From: Octopus vulgaris
Taxonomy: Eukaryota
DNA: 64,000 nt
Direction of reading: 5' to 3'
Assembly: GCA_951406725.2 (NCBI GenBank)
Contig: OX597817.1
Span: 94,116,001 to 94,180,000, forward strand
The first letter of the stretch is position 1. Every line of letters starts with the position of its first letter. Below the pieces are notes generated by a model. That model was given only the letters and a program-made list of their open reading frames with translations. It was not told where the DNA came from and ran no database searches. Shown here piece after piece: positions 51,993 to 64,000 of the stretch. The position numbers and the translations under genes are program-made.

Positions 51993-52840
51993 CGATGGGG
52001 TGCCCAAAAGAAGCCGGAATTTTGCAATATTATTTTATTCACTTAGTTTTACATGTTTATCCTTTTATCATCTTCAAAGTATTCTCCATTTGAAGCAATG
52101 CATCAGTCCAGACGCATTCGCTACTGTTGTTGAAGGCATTGCTCGAACTCTTGCAAAGTTAACCTCGTGGTTTTTTTCTCTTCCACATCTGCAAATTCCG
52201 TAGCACCAACTTTCATCACCAGTGATGATCTTGGAAAAAAGGTCCGGATTGACTTCCAACTGTGCTTTCAGTTCACAACACGCAGTCGTGACTGCTTTTG
52301 ATCTTCTGTCAGCAAGCGAAGTACAAATTTTGCACTAACTCTTTTCATTCGCAATTCCTCGCTCAAAATTCTTTGGCAGAAGTTTCAGGATATCAACAAG
52401 TTCGTCAATTGTTCGGTGACCGTCCTTTAAGATGTTTTCATTCGTTCGGGGGGGGGGGAGGGGGAGGTCGACGGACGCCCTGAACCAGGTTGGTCCTGAA
52501 GCGACAAGTAACCATTTCTAAAACGTGAAAATCACTCGTAAACTTGTATTTTGCTCATGACAGCGTCCTTGTAAGTTTCGGCCGCTGTTTTTTCCCGGTA
52601 GAACACAGAAATTGACGGAAGCACGCCGTTCCTTCGTTTCGGTCATCACAAAAACCGACAGACAGGGGAGGAGCACTGCAAAACAAAGATGTGCCATGTG
52701 TCAGTATGACAGAACAGGAAAACGCCGGTCGGCAGACTGATGCCTGAGGATCGCATCAAGTGCCTTTAGCGGCGGACGTCTGAACTACCATGGGCTTTTC
52801 CTACAGTGAACATTTCCGGTTACTTTTGTGTATATCCTCG
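51993..52840 (-). mobile_element. Internally deleted mariner element
   Basis: TIRs CGATGGGGTGCCCAAAAGAAGCCGGAAT and ATTTCCGGTTACTTTTGTGTATATCCTCG. Remnant motif KIITGDESWCYG. Confidence 0.8.
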
Positions 52841-52894
52841 TGCACCACTGATATAGTATCATGTATGTCAGTGCTAATTAAAAAACACAGTATA

Positions 52895-53089
52895 CAGTAA
52901 TCCCTCACCATATCGCGGTTCACCTATCGCGCACACGGATCGCGGTTTTTTCTTGCTAACATATGTAAATTTATATCTCGGACTCCTCAGGGGTTTCTGC
53001 GGCCAATATGTATTTATAATTTTTTACATTTTAATTATTTCTTTGAAAGGTTTTGGAACGTAATACCCACGACAGTTGAGAGATTACTG
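52895..53089. mobile_element. Tigger/pogo-like MITE
   Basis: TA-CAGTAATCCCTC...GAGAGATTACTG-TA with subterminal ATCGCG repeats. A second copy is at 59484-59688. Confidence 0.8.
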
Positions 53090-53319
53090 TATACCGGAGA
53101 GGGACAAATATCATCCCGGCAGCGATTGCCCTTCTTAGGGCCTGTCAATAACGCGAACCTGCAGCTGTTGGCATAAATGAAATCTGTTACTTCAGAGATA
53201 CAGAGCGGACAGTGAATAGTACATTCACTAATATTGCAGAATGCTTGTTGTGCTAAAATATACTCGGTGTGCACAACTAAAACAGTAATAAATTAGAAAC
53301 GTCAACGAATCTTTTATAT

Positions 53320-53550
53320 TTTATCCTTTATCTTTTACTTGTTGTAGTCATTGGGCTGCAGCCATGCTGGGGAACCCCCTTGACGAACTTTTACGAACAA
53401 TCCCGCCCCAGTATTTTTATTTTACAGTATGATACTTATTCTATCGCTTTCTTTTGTCAAATTGGTAAGTTACGTGGACGTAAACACACCTACTCCGATT
53501 GTTAAGCGGCGTTAGGGGACAAATACATACAAAGAGGCAAACACACATTG
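53320..53550 (-). mobile_element. SINE 3' half (56777-family)
   Basis: TTTTACTTGT..AGTCAT..GCTGCAGCCATGCTGGGG tail and body. Confidence 0.7.
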
Positions 53551-53571
53551 ATATCTATATATATATATATA

Positions 53572-53850
53572 TAAGTAGGTGAATGAATTATCCTAGTATT
53601 GATAATTCGGTTAATCGATACCTGGGTAGCAAATTCATGTCAGAAAATACGGTTGAAGCTACATGTCAAGGGCAGAAACCCCGTGTTCTTGTGTGGTAAT
53701 TTGTGTGTTTTTTTATATGAATAAATGGAGTCGAACGAAGATTTTAACAAAATTCCTTTACTCTCAACACATGTTTCGAAGAGTATGCAGTCTTTGAAAC
53801 ATGTGTTGAGAATAAAGGAATTTTGTTAAAATCTTCGTTTTACTCCATAC
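53572..53850. mobile_element. PLE end (7468-family) with fold-back palindrome
   Basis: Similar to 7468-7697. Arms at about 53726-53783 and 53791-53848 are reverse complements. Flanked by (TA)n. Confidence 0.8.
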
Positions 53851-53851
53851 T

Positions 53852-53927
<76 letters not shown>

Positions 53928-54060
53928 CGTGTGCGCGTGTGTGTGTGTGTGTATTATGTATGTGTGTATGTATGTGTGTATGTATGTATGTATGTATGTA
54001 TGTATGTGTGTGTGTGTTTGCGTATGTGTGAGTGTGTAAGTGTGTGTGTGTGTGTTTGTA

Positions 54061-56505
54061 CAGAGGTGGGCACCTTTAATCGAAAAGCTAACTTCTTTAA
54101 TCGTTAATCCGTTAACGTTAACTTTTATTGAAAAATAGCATATCTACAGTTTAATACCCCACCGACTTCGTTGCCTCATAACTTCCAGGAAAATGGACAA
54201 TTTTTAACGAAACTTTCACCAAATAATCGCTTATGTCCAGAGTTATGTAAAGATTTGTTGGTAAAAGTTTTCCGAAAATTTGGGGAAAGGGGTTCTGGAA
54301 AATTCACAGGATCCGACAGTTCCCCCCTCATAACTTTCTGGAAATAGGTATTTTTTTATGAAATTTCATACAAATATATTTCAAACGATGTAGATTACAA
54401 TTACAAAGAAATTTGTACACAAAAGTTTTGGAAGGAGGCGGGGGATGGGGAGAGGAGCTTCTGGAAAGCGGAGTTTCTGATCAGACGGCTCACATAAGTT
54501 GGAATTTCTCTATTTTGATGGAGATTTTTTCCAATGTTTTTCACCAAAGTCTTTATCTTTTCACGAAAAAAGAAAAAAATTTGAAAATTTTCTTTAGTCC
54601 CGCCACTCTCTTACCACCCCAGTCCGAAAGGATTTTGGCCATTTTTTGTCACTACGCACTTAAAACCCGTGAAAGAAACATTTTCGGTTTTTAAAATATT
54701 GTTAATAATTTCAGATGAAAATGTCATTTAAGTGAGATCTAGATGTTCTTTCTAGCCCATCCCCAAACCTCCCTCCTCATTTCTTTCTCACTCCCACATC
54801 TATTGATATTTTTCAATATTTTTCTCCCAATAAACAAATTTTATGAAATGATGATGTAAAAGTAATACACGTGTAGTTCCAACCGAGCAAGCCCGTGTGT
54901 GTGTAAGAAAAGAGAAACACCTAAAAACAACTTTAGGGCTCATATTAGTCTGTCAAAAGTAATACTTCTTTGTTCACGTTATTTTGAATTATTCAGATTC
55001 AAGAGGAGTGTCCACAATATTTGCTTGTAACTTTGTATATTTTTTACATACAAGTATGAAATTTTGTCAGTGGGTGCTTTATATACCACTGGCTTATAGT
55101 TATGTAATTTTAGCAGATCTTGCTGAATAAATTTGACTTTTATGGGTAGGTAAATTTAATTAACAAGTGTAAAAGCAATAACATTATGGATAAACAAAAT
55201 TGAAATTCTAAATGCATCTTACCTGTTTGATTTGTTACTAAAATTATTCCAGATGTCAACCGACAGAAAGTTTTGCCACTTTTCAATATGAGGTACATTG
55301 ATTTGAATTACTTAAAATACAGGTATAATCGTTAAAAGATTTTATTCTTTCGGTAAATATTTTGTACATCGGTGTGGAATAATTTTTTCCAGTTTTTTTT
55401 TGGGCGGGGGGGGGGCATTCAAGAAAGGTGGGAGGAGTGGTAGGGATATCGAAGTTTCTCTCTAATGGGGTTTTGTTTCGTGGGTCTTTTTTCCCCTTTT
55501 TCCAGGTTATTTTGCATGCTTTCAACGAATGTAAATCGAAATCACACGTAAACGGCTCCTTTTTTCAGAACATGAAAGATTTGGCCGCTATTTCTAGCAT
55601 GCCCTGCTTACCATGTAATAGCTATTTGCCTTCACGCCGAAATATTTACCAACTTTTTTCCTTCCATTTATTTTTTCCACTTTATAGAAGTCAATATTTT
55701 TTCTATTGACATCCACCTTAGTTAATTTTGCTTTTCTCCCAGTTCTGTGCTTTCTGGAAGAAAATCCCTCACATTATTTCAAAGCTACGAGAGTTCACAA
55801 ACGTGATTTGTTTATTAAAAAACAAAAAAATACATTTGTAGAGGAATTAAATACAACGGGTTTTGGCCGGTTTAAACTCTAAAGGGTAAAAAGTGCTAAA
55901 CTATAAAATCAGTTTTTTTTGGCCTTTTTGAGGGCTTTAGAACCCCAAAACTATAGTTTTTTTTTGCTTTAGAGCTAAAGAATGCTGATTTTATAGTTTA
56001 AAATTTTAAAGGACCTAAAAAAGGCTGATTCCATAGTTTTGGCCCTTTTTTTAGAGCCAAAAATGGGTTTAAAAAATTCAAATGAAACAATATTAGTATT
56101 AAACTAAAAAACGTTTATTGATAAAGTGGCCGTAAAAAAATACAAATAAGAATAATAAAAACACGTTATATATATAATTCTCTCCGTGACACAGCAAGGT
56201 CACGGATCTAGTGGAAACACACTAATCACTGTTCCCTCTTGATAGGACGAAGAAATTTCCCGCTATCTTTGCAAGCAACAAGCGGATGGATTTGGTTCGA
56301 AATTCAGGCAGGGCCAAACGGCGTTATATCAGGGTTGGAAGAATGACTCGTACAATATGCTGAAAAATAGAATCTGAAACAATAGAAACTTTTAGACGCC
56401 TACCGGTTTTTATGACATTTTTAGGTTAACAGATTGGAGTTAAAGGAAGCTAAATGTAACGGAAGTTAATTAGTCCGATAACGATTTTCAAAGTTAACTT
56501 AAAAG
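54061..56505. mobile_element. Non-autonomous hAT-like element with a probable nested Helitron (about 54143-56211)
   Basis: Left TIR CAGAGGTGGGCA with TTAACG repeats. Helitron-type 3' end CCGTGAC-N8-GTCACGG-AT-CTAG|T at 56184-56212. Shares sequence with 6377-7370. Confidence 0.6.
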
Positions 56506-56776
56506 TTTCCCATTGAGATGTGTAACGCTCGTCAATGACGTATGCTCTGTAATCACATACCGAGACGGACTTTGTTATTTACGATTTATAGTAAAGAAGC
56601 CTGGCAAGCTATCCGCAATGATTAGTCTCTTGAACGGTGAGATATGTCTGGCGTTCATATGAATCGCTCCTTGGAGGATATTCGTCTCACTCCGGTATAT
56701 ATTGTGCTTTATCAACATATCAATGGTTTTTTTCTCAGACAAAACCACAGCATCATGTCTATAAATGATGTATATA

Positions 56777-57200
56777 GGCGGTGTGGCTGTGTGATAAGAA
56801 GTTTGCTTCTCAAACACATGGTTCTGGGTTCAATCCCACTGCGTGACACCTTGGGCAAGTACCTTCAGCTATAGCCTCCGGCCGACTTGTGAGTGGATTT
56901 GGTAGACGGAAACTGAAAGAAGCCCGTTGTGTATACACACACACACATATATATGTATGTATGTATGTATATGTATATGTATATATTTGTATGTCTGTGT
57001 TTGTTCCCCCACCATCGCTTGATAACCGATGTTGGTGTGTTTACGTCTCGTAACTTAGCAGTTCGGCAAAACAGACCGATAGAATAAGTACTAGGCTTAC
57101 AAAGAATATGTCCTGGGGTCGATTTCCTCGACTAAAGGTCCTCCAGCATGGCTGTAGTCAAATGACTGAAACAAGTAAAAGAATAAAAGTATAAAAGAAT
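56777..57200 (+). mobile_element. Full-length tRNA-derived SINE
   Basis: A box TGGCTGTGTG, B box GGTTCAATCCC, internal (TA/CA) repeat, tail CCAGCATGGCTGTAGTCAAATGACTGAAACAAGTAAAAGAATAAAAG. Confidence 0.85.
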
Positions 57201-58618
57201 ACGGTAAAGAAACACACGGATATCTTTCATAATTTAATGCTGCTTAGATTGCGTACACCGAGAAAATACTATGCACATCATCTTGGATAAAACGCATTTT
57301 TTTAGAGACAGAGAATGAGAGAGAAGAAGAAAGAGAGAGGGAGGTAAAAAAGGGGAGTGAGAGAGAGATTCAGAAGAGTAGAGATGATGGTAAAATTTTG
57401 ATGGTGAGATAGCTAAAAGAAGAGAAGTGTATTGGCAAGTTCTAACGGAAGGGATGATCAAAAGAAGAGAAAGCTAATTCTCGACAGACGAAAACGATGT
57501 AACGGAACCAATACCCAATTGCTTATCGTTTTGATATTCGGCGAAACTAAGACAATATTTTTGTTTATTTATATCACATTTAATCTTTCTGTAATACTTT
57601 ACTTTTTTTTGCTGTTGTGTTTATATTTAATGTTGTTTATTGTTGGTTGTTAGGCAATTGGATTTATTACTTTTGTCGCTGTTTTGGGCTTCCTCTTCCG
57701 CCTACTATTTGTCCTCCTCCCCCACTCTTCTCTTCTACCTCCTTATCCCCCCTTCTTCACCACCCCTCCTCGTCAAACTACCATTATTATCCTTTTCATT
57801 TATCACTTTGTAGACACTTTTCTCCCACTCTCAATTTGTCTCACATTTCTCTCTCTATCTTTCTTTATCTCCCCCATTTCTCTTTCCTCCCCCTTTCTCT
57901 CATTGTCGCTACTTCTCGGTCCCTCCCTCTGTAAACTCTCTACCAGTAACCACAACTAATGACAGTCTGCCAAAACAGTGATTAGTTCAATAAAACTTTC
58001 ACTGCACCATAAAATAACTTTGTGTTATATACTGCAAGCTTTAACGAAGTTGAATGCCAGGAATATTTCACAGTTTTTTCCTTGTGTTTATAATCAGATA
58101 ATTGCGCCATATTAATCAAAGTGAATTAAGACATGCTTTCGTCTTAAATAATCACTATGTCATGACATTTATTTCTTCTATCAGCTACAACACGCACAGA
58201 ACAGAAATTATAGTGTTTTCATTAACAACTGCCAATCTGATAACAGACTATTTATTCTTCTGTTGGGATGTTTAATTCCTTACAAGTATTCCAAAGAAGA
58301 ACAAGTAGTTGACATGTCACATCTGTTGAGTGTTGAGATATTCTGGTGTTAGTTTAAGATTTTACTTTAAAGTTTATATATTTACTTTGACCTCAGCACA
58401 TATGTTAACTGTCAAATCTTTTAAGTATTCCAGATTACATCTAGATTCGAACGAACACATATACAGCTGCACTCTGTCCCTCGTCACAGCAAGGTTCTAA
58501 TCTTGTTGCTTGTTTGTTGCAGAATTTTAGTTTCAATCAATCATTGGAATGATCCGATCTGTAAGATATGTCTATATCCTAGCAGTCTGACGTAATATCA
58601 CTCGTCATCAGTTAACCA

Positions 58619-58706
<88 letters not shown>

Positions 58707-58825
58707 CTCTATCTCTCTATCTCTATCTATCTGTCTGTATGCCTGTCTATCTCTCTGTATGCTTGTCTGCATGCCTGTCTGCCTGACTGTCTGTCTGTCT
58801 GACTTTGTCTCTCTCTGTCTATCTA
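58619..58825. repeat. (ATCT)n / (GTCT)n tetranucleotide repeat
   Basis: Direct reading of the sequence. Confidence 0.95.
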
Positions 58826-59483
58826 TTTCCCTCTCTTGACACATAGAGAGGCGGCAGTTTCTGAAGATCGAATCGTCTCTAGCTGATATATTACAGATGT
58901 AGAATACTACATATGCTCTCACAAATGCGGTATTAAACATACTTCTTCCAAATGTAGTTGTAAATAACTTATTCCATATAAATGTGATATTCTAAATTCA
59001 TCATCTACTCTTCATGGAGCCATCATATTACTTTTAACTTTATTGAGTCATACGGTTATGTGAAAGGTTAGCTCTATAACAGGTTTGTATCGCAAGCCTA
59101 GATCTATCTCATGTCTATAACAGATGTATAACGACGATATTTGCTCTATATAAGTCCATATATTTATATCAGATCTTCGAGTCTTTAATAGATTTTTCTG
59201 TAACTAAGACTTTAAATCGGAGCAAGACCAGATTATTGTTCTGAGAAATATGAGGTATATCACCCTCCGGAACAAACTTAGAATCGTTTGTCTAAGAGTT
59301 TTAGCCTTTGGACACATCTTGATGGTCATGATCATACAGTGTGAATCGATAAACTTTTTAGTTGGTTCAACGTTACTCTCTCGACTCGTCCATCTGCCTC
59401 TCATGAGAACTCAGTCAATGTTCACACTTCTAAAGCTCCACCAGAAGAATACATAAATACACGCGCGCACACATACACGTATA

Positions 59484-59688
59484 CAATAACTCCTCACCAT
59501 ATCGTGGTTTACCTATCGCGCATTCAGTACATAGCAGCTTTTTATGACTGATATACGTAAATTTATATCGCGGACTCCTCAGTATATCAAGGTTTCTGCG
59601 GCCGATAGGTACTTATAATTTTTTAGATTTCAATTATTTCTGAGGGAGGTTTTGGAATGTAACACCCGCGATAGTCGAGGTATTAATG
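59484..59688. mobile_element. Tigger/pogo-like MITE, copy 2
   Basis: Similar to 52895-53089; TA TSDs. Confidence 0.75.
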
Positions 59689-59693
59689 TACAC

Positions 59694-59786
<93 letters not shown>

Positions 59787-59791
59787 TGTAA

Positions 59792-59832
<41 letters not shown>

Positions 59833-59836
<4 letters not shown>

Positions 59837-60275
59837 AATGGAGTTAAACTCAGGTGTTATTCAAATTCTTTTACTTCCGTCATATGTTTCGAAGACAACA
59901 TTGGTATTATTCCAAAAGGAATGAAAACCAAACACATCAATAAAACATTTTAACATTCTGTTAAAATGTCTTATTGATGTGTTTGGTTTCTTTCTTTCCC
60001 TGATGAGAAGATTGCATTGTTTTGCACTATCTTATTCCTTCTGGAATAAATCCAATGTTGTCTTCGAAACATATGTCGGAAGTAAAAGAATTTGCATAAC
60101 ATCTGCGTTGAACTCCATTTATTTATTTATCTATATTATACAAAACATTTCACCTAAACCTGGAGTTTCTACCTTTATAAATAGGCTGTTACATCCTTGT
60201 TACTTGTGTAAATTTTTGCTACCCTAGTCACTGTTTATTTATTTTTTCCGTGTTATTTGTATACACTGGGAAAAC
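59833..60275 (+). mobile_element. PLE 3' end with fold-back (centre ~59957) and hammerhead
   Basis: 59833-59922 is an imperfect reverse complement of 60033-60123, and 59925-59955 pairs with 59959-59989. Flanked by (TA)n. Confidence 0.78.
59995..60082 (+). ncRNA. Type I hammerhead ribozyme motif with branched stem II
   Basis: TTTCC-CTGATGA-GAAGA-(49 nt)-TCTTC-GAAAC-ATAT-GTC-GGAAG: intact core and palindromic ACATATGT stem III. Confidence 0.8.
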
Positions 60276-60293
60276 ACATACATATATACATAC

Positions 60294-60342
<49 letters not shown>

Positions 60343-60346
<4 letters not shown>

Positions 60347-61080
60347 GGCAAAACGCCTTCCCTCCCGTCCAATGGACGGTGCTGAGTTATCAAACATTTA
60401 AACCAAATTTTCTCAAAACTTGTCCGACCGTCCCATAGGCCTCCCCTTTGCGAAAAACTGATTTAACCTAAAGTTGAGACACCAGCAAAAGAAGAAATAA
60501 AGATAGACTTTTTCTATTCCTAAGGAAAATGATTTTATTCACACAAATATGCAACCGAAGAGTTTAAAGTACTAGTAAAGATAAAGCTGTTGACTGGGAG
60601 AACACAAACATGGTTTAAACAGAAAGCTTGGCAGTAAAGAAACGTGCCTTTAAGCAGTACAAAAACAACAAAAAATGGAAGGTGCAGTTATGTACAGGTT
60701 GATGGAAGAAAAGCAGGACAAAAACGATGCATGCAAATGGGTTAGCTGGCGGTAAATCTAAATGGAAAAGCATGATGAATTTATGAGAACGTACCTGGGA
60801 CAATAATAAGTTTATCCGATAAAACATCTAGGAAACTGCATGTGCCTTTTTTCTCGCATACGCGTAGTATCGAACGCAACAGCTGATGTACTTGTGCGTA
60901 CAAATGCACGTTTCCATGGCTTTATCGATCGCATTCTCACCTGGAATCGATTTTTGTAATTTGTTCAAGACTTATATACGCCCTGATACCGTCGGTATCT
61001 ACACATCAAATTTGAGCGCAATCAGATGGAGGATGCCCGAGATCCTAGAAGACACACAGACAGACAGACAGAACGGATTG

Positions 61081-61090
<10 letters not shown>
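60343..61090 (-). mobile_element. Non-autonomous Helitron-like element
   Basis: Hairpin CCGTCCAATGGACGG near the left end and CAGACAGACAGA...TTATATATA at the right end, a typical reversed invertebrate Helitron layout. Confidence 0.45.
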
Positions 61091-61125
<35 letters not shown>

Positions 61126-62584
61126 TAAACAGTAAAAATAATTACAGACATGGACAAGAACATGAAACACCACAGAGACGACACAAGAACCACAGGACAA
61201 GTATTAGGATTGCGGGTTGATGCAGACGGTACATTTGTAGCCGCTTTTCTCCTTTGCCTTGCATCCCTAAGCCTGTTAATGCTAGTTGAAATAAAGCCCC
61301 TTATATCATTTTAACACGACAGTCTCCATTTTGTTCGTTCCACGGCTATGTATTGCTAGTATACTATGTGTACTTTGTATATATAGTAAAGAATTTCGTT
61401 GAAGAGATTTTCGTCACGTTGTGAGTTGTAGTGAAAAAAATATATAACAAAAGAAGGAAAATGCACAGAATGTATATATTTTTAACATATTTTATGAGAT
61501 AGTTTTGCGATTTGCTATCCATGACTGGAAAATTGGTGAAAATATTGCAATTTCGTAGCATCTTAAGGAGCTTTTAGTCCATGTTGTTTGTATGAGAGTC
61601 TGTTTGTAAATGAACCAGCATGTAGAAAAATCTAAGGGGAGGTAATTGCTATTTCGAGATAGGGGATGTAATTGCACTTTTTGTAGGGTACACTTTTTGT
61701 AGAGTACACCTTTTTGAGGGAGGTTAAATTTATAGTATTTATATTACGAAGTTATGAATTCAGTGAAATAAAATATGTACAAAGTTGGTTATGCCTACAT
61801 GAATTAAAATATTTACAAAATCCAAAATTGGTTATGCACTCATATTCAGGCCCGATTTGTGTTTTTCAATGAATATATTTTCCTTTCGTTTTTGGATTTG
61901 GTTTGCAAGATTTATGTGAGTTCGTGTGTTGAAGGATATACTGTTGTGCCTGAGAAGAGTCATTTTCTTTTTTGCCTTATAATTTGACGTCATAAAATTT
62001 TCACTTATTACCTTCTTTATTTTTCTAAAATTTTCAATAGTTAAGGTTGCAAGACGCAACGAAAATTTTAGAAAAATAAAAAGAAAATAAATGGAAATTT
62101 TACCGGCGAGTGTGTTAAATTATAATTTAAAAGAGAATGACTCTCCCCAGACACAACAGGCATTAAAAGAGAATGACTCTCCCCAGACACAACAGTATAT
62201 TTTCTTTATTTAATCGTTCTTGTTTAGAAATTTTGTTCCTTGCGCTTGCACTGGTAGATAGGAAAAACCGTAAAGTTTAGTCAGAGATAACCCCACACCT
62301 CTCTATGTGTTCATTTAATGGTATCTGACTATACCTTGAGAAATGAATCTATACCTTGAGAAGCGAATCCTTATGCAGTGTAGTGCTCCGTCTGAGTGAC
62401 ATCCTAATTGTGTCTACATCCTGAACAAGTTACCTCATAAATTAAATTTTCAGATTCACGAGGGAAATTGGTCTTAAATGTGAATCTCTGCCTATGTTTG
62501 AAGTGGAATTCCGAACCTTCCAGTAGGTCGGGACATGTTAAACAAATTGGACGTGGGAATTTTTTTATCTATGTATATGTGTGC

Positions 62585-62585
<1 letters not shown>

Positions 62586-62643
<58 letters not shown>

Positions 62644-63184
62644 TATATATGTGTATATATATATATATATATTCATATATATGTATATATATATATATTC
62701 ATATATACGTATATATATATATATATATATATTCATATGTATGTATATATATATATATATATTCATATATATGTATATATATATATATATTCATATATAT
62801 GTATATATATATATATATATATTCATATATATGTATATATATATTCATATATATGTATATATATATACATATATATATTCATATATATGCATATATATAT
62901 ATACATATATATGCATATATATATATATTCATATATATGCATATATATATATATTCATATATATGCATATATATATATATTCATATATATGCATATATAT
63001 ATATATTCATATATATGTATATATATATATATATTCATATATATGTATATATATATATATATATATCATATATGTATATATATATATTCATATATATGTA
63101 TATATATATATATTCATATATATGTATATATATATATATATATTCATATATATGTATATATATATATTCATATATATGTATATA
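62586..63184. repeat. (TA)n-derived minisatellite, unit about TCATATATATG[T/C](AT)n
   Basis: Over 20 units of about 20-32 bp. The array resumes at 63975-64000. Confidence 0.9.
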
Positions 63185-63974
63185 GACTGGCAACTGAAAC
63201 TGGCTGTGGACAAGTGTACCACCATGCATTTTGGGAGAAAAAACCCTGCGTCCACATACTCCCTCCACAACACTGATATCAAGAAATCCTCTTGCGAGCG
63301 TGACCTAGGCATCACTGTCAGCAGTGATTTGCGTTGGACAAAGCATATCTCTAAAATTGTCAAGAAGGCCGAGGGTGTCTTGGCATCACTCAACAAGACT
63401 TTTGTTAGCCGCTCTCCAGCCATCTATTTAAAACTGTATACAGCTATGGTACGACCACACTTGGAATTCGCATCATCAGTTTGGAATCCCTATCTTGCTC
63501 AGAACATTGACCTCCTGGAATCTGTCCAGAGACGTGCAACCAAACGCATACCCTCCATCAGACACCTACCATATTCTGATCGCCTTGTTTCCCTGGGCAT
63601 GGATTCACTGAAGCTCCGGCGTCTGGCGACGGACTTGGTAAACACCCACAAGGTTATCAACCACCTCACCAACAACAACACTGAACACCTTTTTGATCTC
63701 CATGTGTCTAACACACGTGGACATGCCTACAAAGTCAGAAAACAGCACAGCTCCCATGACTTTCGGAAACATTTTTTCACGCTCAGGGTTGCTGAAGCGT
63801 GGAATAAACTGCCTGCATCAGTTGTTGACTGCCATGACACTGCATCCTTTAAGGCCCTCATGCTTCCCGAAATCCGTCGAAACTACACCTGATTATATAT
63901 ACACTTTAGATGAGTTGTAGTGCACCTGAGCACTGTACACAATTATTATTATTATTATTTTATTTTTATTATTA
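63185..63974 (+). mobile_element. CR1/L2-group LINE 3' fragment
   Basis: [61 protein letters not shown], stop at 63892, (ATT)n tail. Confidence 0.92.
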
Positions 63975-64000
63975 TATATATTCATATATATGTATATATA

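Noticed and set aside
62468-63892. 474-aa ORF as a novel fusion protein
   Set aside because: The N-terminal half is translated (TA)n minisatellite that lacks stops. Only the C-terminal LINE RT fragment is real.

Overview
AT-rich eukaryotic (metazoan) DNA that is almost entirely transposon debris separated by (TA)n, (CA)n, (GA)n and trinucleotide arrays. The SINE types, microsatellite load and LINE mix suggest an octopod cephalopod (Octopus); this is inferred from recognition, not from a search. Recognisable elements are a Gypsy integrase/3' LTR remnant, a Tx1-type LINE, an RTE-type LINE relic, three CR1/L2-group LINEs (one near full length and young), four R4/Dong LINEs in (TAA)n arrays, Penelope-like (PLE) remnants including a GIY-YIG ORF, three Tc1/mariner elements, several MITEs, hAT/Helitron-type non-autonomous elements and many tRNA-derived SINEs. 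The only host-gene-derived sequence is an intronless, frameshifted cbEGF-NIDO-AMOP-vWD (mucin-4/SUSD2-like) segment at about 47.9-50.5 kb, probably a retrocopy. The most notable signals are: (i) at least three distinct families of hammerhead ribozyme motifs, one with an unusual branched stem II, repeatedly embedded in fold-back inverted duplications between (TA)n tracts; (ii) the mucin-like retrocopy docked in a Dong-type trinucleotide array; (iii) a non-coding ~550-bp element that shares the Dong target; (iv) several footprints of template switching. Most ORF-track entries are microsatellite artefacts.
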